A stretch of DNA of 64,000 bases from Vicugna vicugna (lineage: Eukaryota). Made by a program: the position numbers and the translations under genes. The DNA is taken from the NCBI GenBank assembly GCA_013265495.1, contig MU057887.1, positions 2,947,576 to 3,011,575 of the forward strand, given 5' to 3'. Each line of letters starts with the position of its first letter. Position 1 is the first letter of the stretch. The notes beneath the pieces were generated by a model. That model did no database searches. It saw only the letters and a program-made list of their open reading frames with translations, and was not told the origin of the DNA. This document shows, in pieces, positions 60,701 to 64,000 of this stretch.

Positions 60701-60874
60701 TCTTAGTGGGTACGTGACTGCGTCTCCCCGTGCCCCTGCTCCGTCTCCTTCTGTAGGCCTCTGTCCCCGCTGAATTTCCCCCTTTTATCAGGACAGCAGT
60801 CCTACTGGAATCGGGTCCACCCCAAAGGCTTCACCTGCACCTGAAGCTCTGCAAAGACCTGACCTTCCGACGAA
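57763..60874 (+). pseudogene. Candidate decayed multi-exon protein-coding gene (unidentified); putative exons 57763-57824, 58295-58487, 59331-59407, 60289-60591, 60792-~60874
   Basis: Segments have AG acceptors and GT donors (some weak), high GC3 and non-Pro/Gly/Arg composition. Joining them needs one in-frame TGA and several 1-nt indels. No protein family recognised. Confidence 0.35.
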
Positions 60875-62139
60875 GTGCAGGGGGAGGGGGTCAGGGCGGC
60901 AGCGCCTCCTGGGGACGGGGGTCTCTCTCCTGTGGGCTTTTGGCTTCTGGCATCTGAGAGCTTTTCCCCAGCCCTGAAAAGAAGCCTCCAGATTCCAGCG
61001 CCCTGAGTTAGCTGGCACGTGTCATTCCCAGCAGCCGGGTGCAGAGGTCCTAGCGCACGCAGAGCCAGGCGTGGGGCGTAGGGCCCAGGCCCGGCTGCAG
61101 CCAGTGAGCGCGGGAGGGCCGCCGCGTGCCCGACACAGGACACGCAGGTGGTGGGGAGCTCAGTGCTGCTCCCGTCACCCGGCCCAGCACCCATGTGTGT
61201 ACCTGGGGCTGAAATAGGCCCCTCCTGGGGGCTCCTGACGTTCCAGGAACTCCGGCTTGTGGGACGATGGCAGTCCTCGTCGGCCAGCAGACCCAGGGGT
61301 CTTTGGCGGCCTAGTGGAATCCGCACCGCCTCTAGCCCACAGGGGACCCCACCGCTTGTAAGCGGGGACCCCCTGCTTCGCTGCTGCTGCTGGGGGAGCA
61401 CCGTCCCCAGGCAGACTCCCAGTCGGGAGCCCTCCCCGGGGGCAGGGGAAGCCGCTCGGGGTTGCATTGTGGGAGTTTGGGTGTCCCTGGGAGACGTCCG
61501 GTGAGAGCAGAGATGGAGGGTCGGGGCAGAAGATGGTCTGTGAAGAAATCTCATCCAAGACCCCACACAAATTCTAGGGCCACAGGTGTTGGCTGCAGAG
61601 TGGGCGACAGCCCCCCCCCAAGCCCCCTACACCCGCGAGGATGCACAGTGGGGAAGCGGGGAGGGGCTGGGGGCCGGATGCAGCATCCACGGGCCTCCCG
61701 GCCCGAACAATCGCGGAGAGGCCTGATCCCATAAAGACGTCCCCCGGCCACTTGTCGCTGTGGCCGTCAGCCTGCGGCTTCAAATCTGAACGTTAAATCC
61801 CTACCAGTTGTCACAGCGGCCGTTGCCAAGGCACTGGAGCCACACCACGGGATTGCTGTGGGAAGTGGCTCACTGGGGAAAATGCTTTCTGCTCAGCCGT
61901 GAGTCCAGCTGCAGAGAACACAGCACGTGACTCGGAAGTGCAGGTTCAGGGTGTTCACATGTGAAGCCTGACCCTTCCCTGAGCTGGGTGTCCCAGGCGC
62001 GTCCCGAAGCCTGTCTCCCCGTGGGGTTTCAAGAGCACTTCTGGGGACGCCGCGAACTTCGGTGTCACTGCTTCCTGCCAGCCACCCGCTCCAGCAGCCG
62101 GCACCTGGAACTTGCTGGAAAACAGAAGGACACACGGTG

Positions 62140-62470
62140 GTGGCGCAGTGCTGTTCCCCGAAATGCACGGTCCACTCGGAGCTGAGATGGGACAGTCCGG
62201 AATCTGGGTCTTGCAGATGTAGTGGGCCGAGGGTCCTGAGATGGGGTCATCCAGGGTGACCCAGGGAGCCCGAAATCCAACCACAAGCATCCTGATCAGA
62301 GACACAAGGCAAGATGCGGACACAGCGGAGGCAGCCATGTGAGACGGAGGCGGAGATCGGGGTGATGCAGCCATAAGCCAAGAAGCCCTGGAGCCCCTGA
62401 AAGCAGGAAGAGGCCGAAGGACGCTCGCCCACAGACAAGAACGGCCCTGATGGGCTGGCGACAAGGGGCT
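62140..62470 (+). mobile_element. MLT1B/C LTR
   Basis: gggtcttgcagatgtag...gagatggggtcatccagggtgacccagggagcccgaaatccaaccacaagcatcctgatcagagacac...ggtgatgcagccataagccaagaa. Confidence 0.8.
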
Positions 62471-62854
62471 GTGACTGCAGCGACCTCTCCTGCGGACGCC
62501 TGCCTCCCACTCGGCCCTGTGATTCCGGTGATGAGACAGCGCTGGGGCCCCGGAGAGGAGACCCTCGGGCAGCTGACTGGGTGGGCTGTCGGCCACCACC
62601 TCCCGGCCTCTGACACGCCCACGAGGAGGAATGCAAAGGCCGCAGGCGAGGGCTTTCCCAGCCCGGCCCGTGGGCAGCGGCTCGGTGCCCCCGGCAGTGC
62701 TGCCCCTGACCACCGGGAGCCTCGGGGCCTTTGGGAGGGGGTGTGGGGCCACCTGCTCAGCATGGAGAGGGGATTCGGTCCCCACATGGCAGGACACTCG
62801 CCAGTCTGAATCTGCCTCTGCCACCCGTGCGTGGACTTGTCCATCTGTGAAATG

Positions 62855-63184
62855 GGTTTGGGCTGCTGTAGCAAAATACCACAGACGAGGGGAAGTATTT
62901 CTCACTGTTCAGGAGCCTGGACATTGGAGATGGGGTCCAGCGTGGTCGGTTCTGGTTACGACCCTCTCCCGGGGCAGACTGGACTGCCTGCATCTTCCCG
63001 TGTCAGCAGGAGAGTGGGCGGGCTCTGCGGGGCTCCTCTAGGACACACATCCATTGTGGGGAGCCCCTCGTAAGCCAGTCACCCCCAAAGGCCCCACCTC
63101 CTGAGGCCACCATGTTGGGAGGGAGGGTTTTGACACATGGACTCTGGGTGAGGGGGACGCAGACACCCAGTCCCCCAAACACAG
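62855..63184 (-). mobile_element. MLT1A-type LTR
   Basis: gggctgctgtagcaaaataccacagac...tttctcactgttcaggagcctgga...cacccccaaaggccccacctcctgaggccaccatgttggga...ttttgacacatgga. Confidence 0.85.
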
Positions 63185-63434
63185 CATTAACGTGTTTGTG
63201 AGAGGCACTGGGAGCTTTGCAGACTCTCGACTTGTGGACAAGTGAGGGCTCAGCCTCCTGCTCTGGCCCGGCCTGTCCCCTGGGGGAGCACGTCCAGACC
63301 ATAATGACCTGAGGTGGGGGGGCGAGTGTGATGAGGACACGGTTGCAGGAACACCAGTGGAGCTCACAGGGGGTCAGACCGTTCGACTGTACTCACAGCC
63401 TCGTGTGATCAACACAGGGACCCTAGAAGGAAAG

Positions 63435-63545
63435 TGTGTCATTCTCCCATTTTACAGATGAGGAAACTGAGGCCCAGGGAGCTGAGATTAAGCAACTTCT
63501 GCAGACATCCCGGGGGAGGGGGCGCCTGACTCCCAGGCCTGATCA
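63435..63545. mobile_element. MIR
   Basis: attctcccattttacagatgaggaaactgaggcccagggagctgagattaagcaactt, the canonical MIR core. Confidence 0.85.
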
Positions 63546-64000
63546 AGGAAGTGCCCCCTCCTCTGGGGAGATGGCCAGGAGAGGACGCTGACCAGGGTCT
63601 GAATCCCCGCCTTCAACTGCTTGAATCCTCTTGTCCTCAGAGTCTCGCAGCGCCCGTGAGACTGCTGGCCACGCGAGCGGCTGCGGCGAGGGGTCGCCTG
63701 GGGATAAAACTGCTGCATCAGACGGGAGGCTGCACACCAAATTGGACGTTTTCTGGTTGGGCCTGAACTTCTGCAAATAAAGTGTCCCTTGCAGAAGGAA
63801 GGTCCCCGGGGCTGCGGGGTCCCCGGCCGGCATGGGGAGAAGTGCGCTTCTCTGGGACGCTGGGTGGACCCACCCGGATGCCACCCCGCAAGCAGGGCGC
63901 TGGCCTTCCGCGCTCTGCCCGCCTCCCCCCCGCGGCAGCGTCGGGCAGTTCCTTAAACAGGGCAGGGCGCTTCCAGGGCGGCTCAGCCGAATCTCTGCAG

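Noticed and set aside
61955-62905. 316-aa minus-strand ORF
   Set aside because: Runs through an MLT1 LTR; no coding features.
1-64000. CRISPR arrays, operons, rRNA genes, known miRNA clusters (let-7, miR-1/133, miR-200)
   Set aside because: Eukaryotic non-coding DNA; no repeat-spacer structure or mature miRNA sequences seen by eye.

Overview
Mammalian genomic DNA, most likely a camelid (alpaca, llama or camel). The evidence is two tRNA-Ala-derived Vic-1-type SINEs and cetartiodactyl-type L1 3' tails. The window is very GC- and CpG-rich, typical of a subtelomeric or high-recombination isochore, and has one 139-N assembly gap. I could not recognise any intact protein-coding gene, RNA gene or miRNA; the supplied ORFs are almost all Pro/Gly/Arg/Ala-rich products of GC-rich non-coding DNA. 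It contains many old transposon fossils (L1M, L2, MIR, MLT1/MLT2, MER33, MER53, a MER41-like ERV1 LTR), several minisatellites, two CpG islands and several enhancer-like AT-rich islands. Two observations stand out. First, ancient L1 fossils are rewritten by strongly AT->GC-biased substitution, most extremely at ~35.6-36.1 kb, where a CpG island appears to be a GC-converted piece of L1 ORF2 beside a 113-bp higher-order VNTR. Second, a chain of splice-site-flanked, codon-biased segments with frameshifts and a stop at ~57.7-60.9 kb (+ strand) may be an unrecognised decayed multi-exon gene that I cannot name. All repeat-family calls come from recalled consensus sequences, not computed alignments, and repeat boundaries are approximate.
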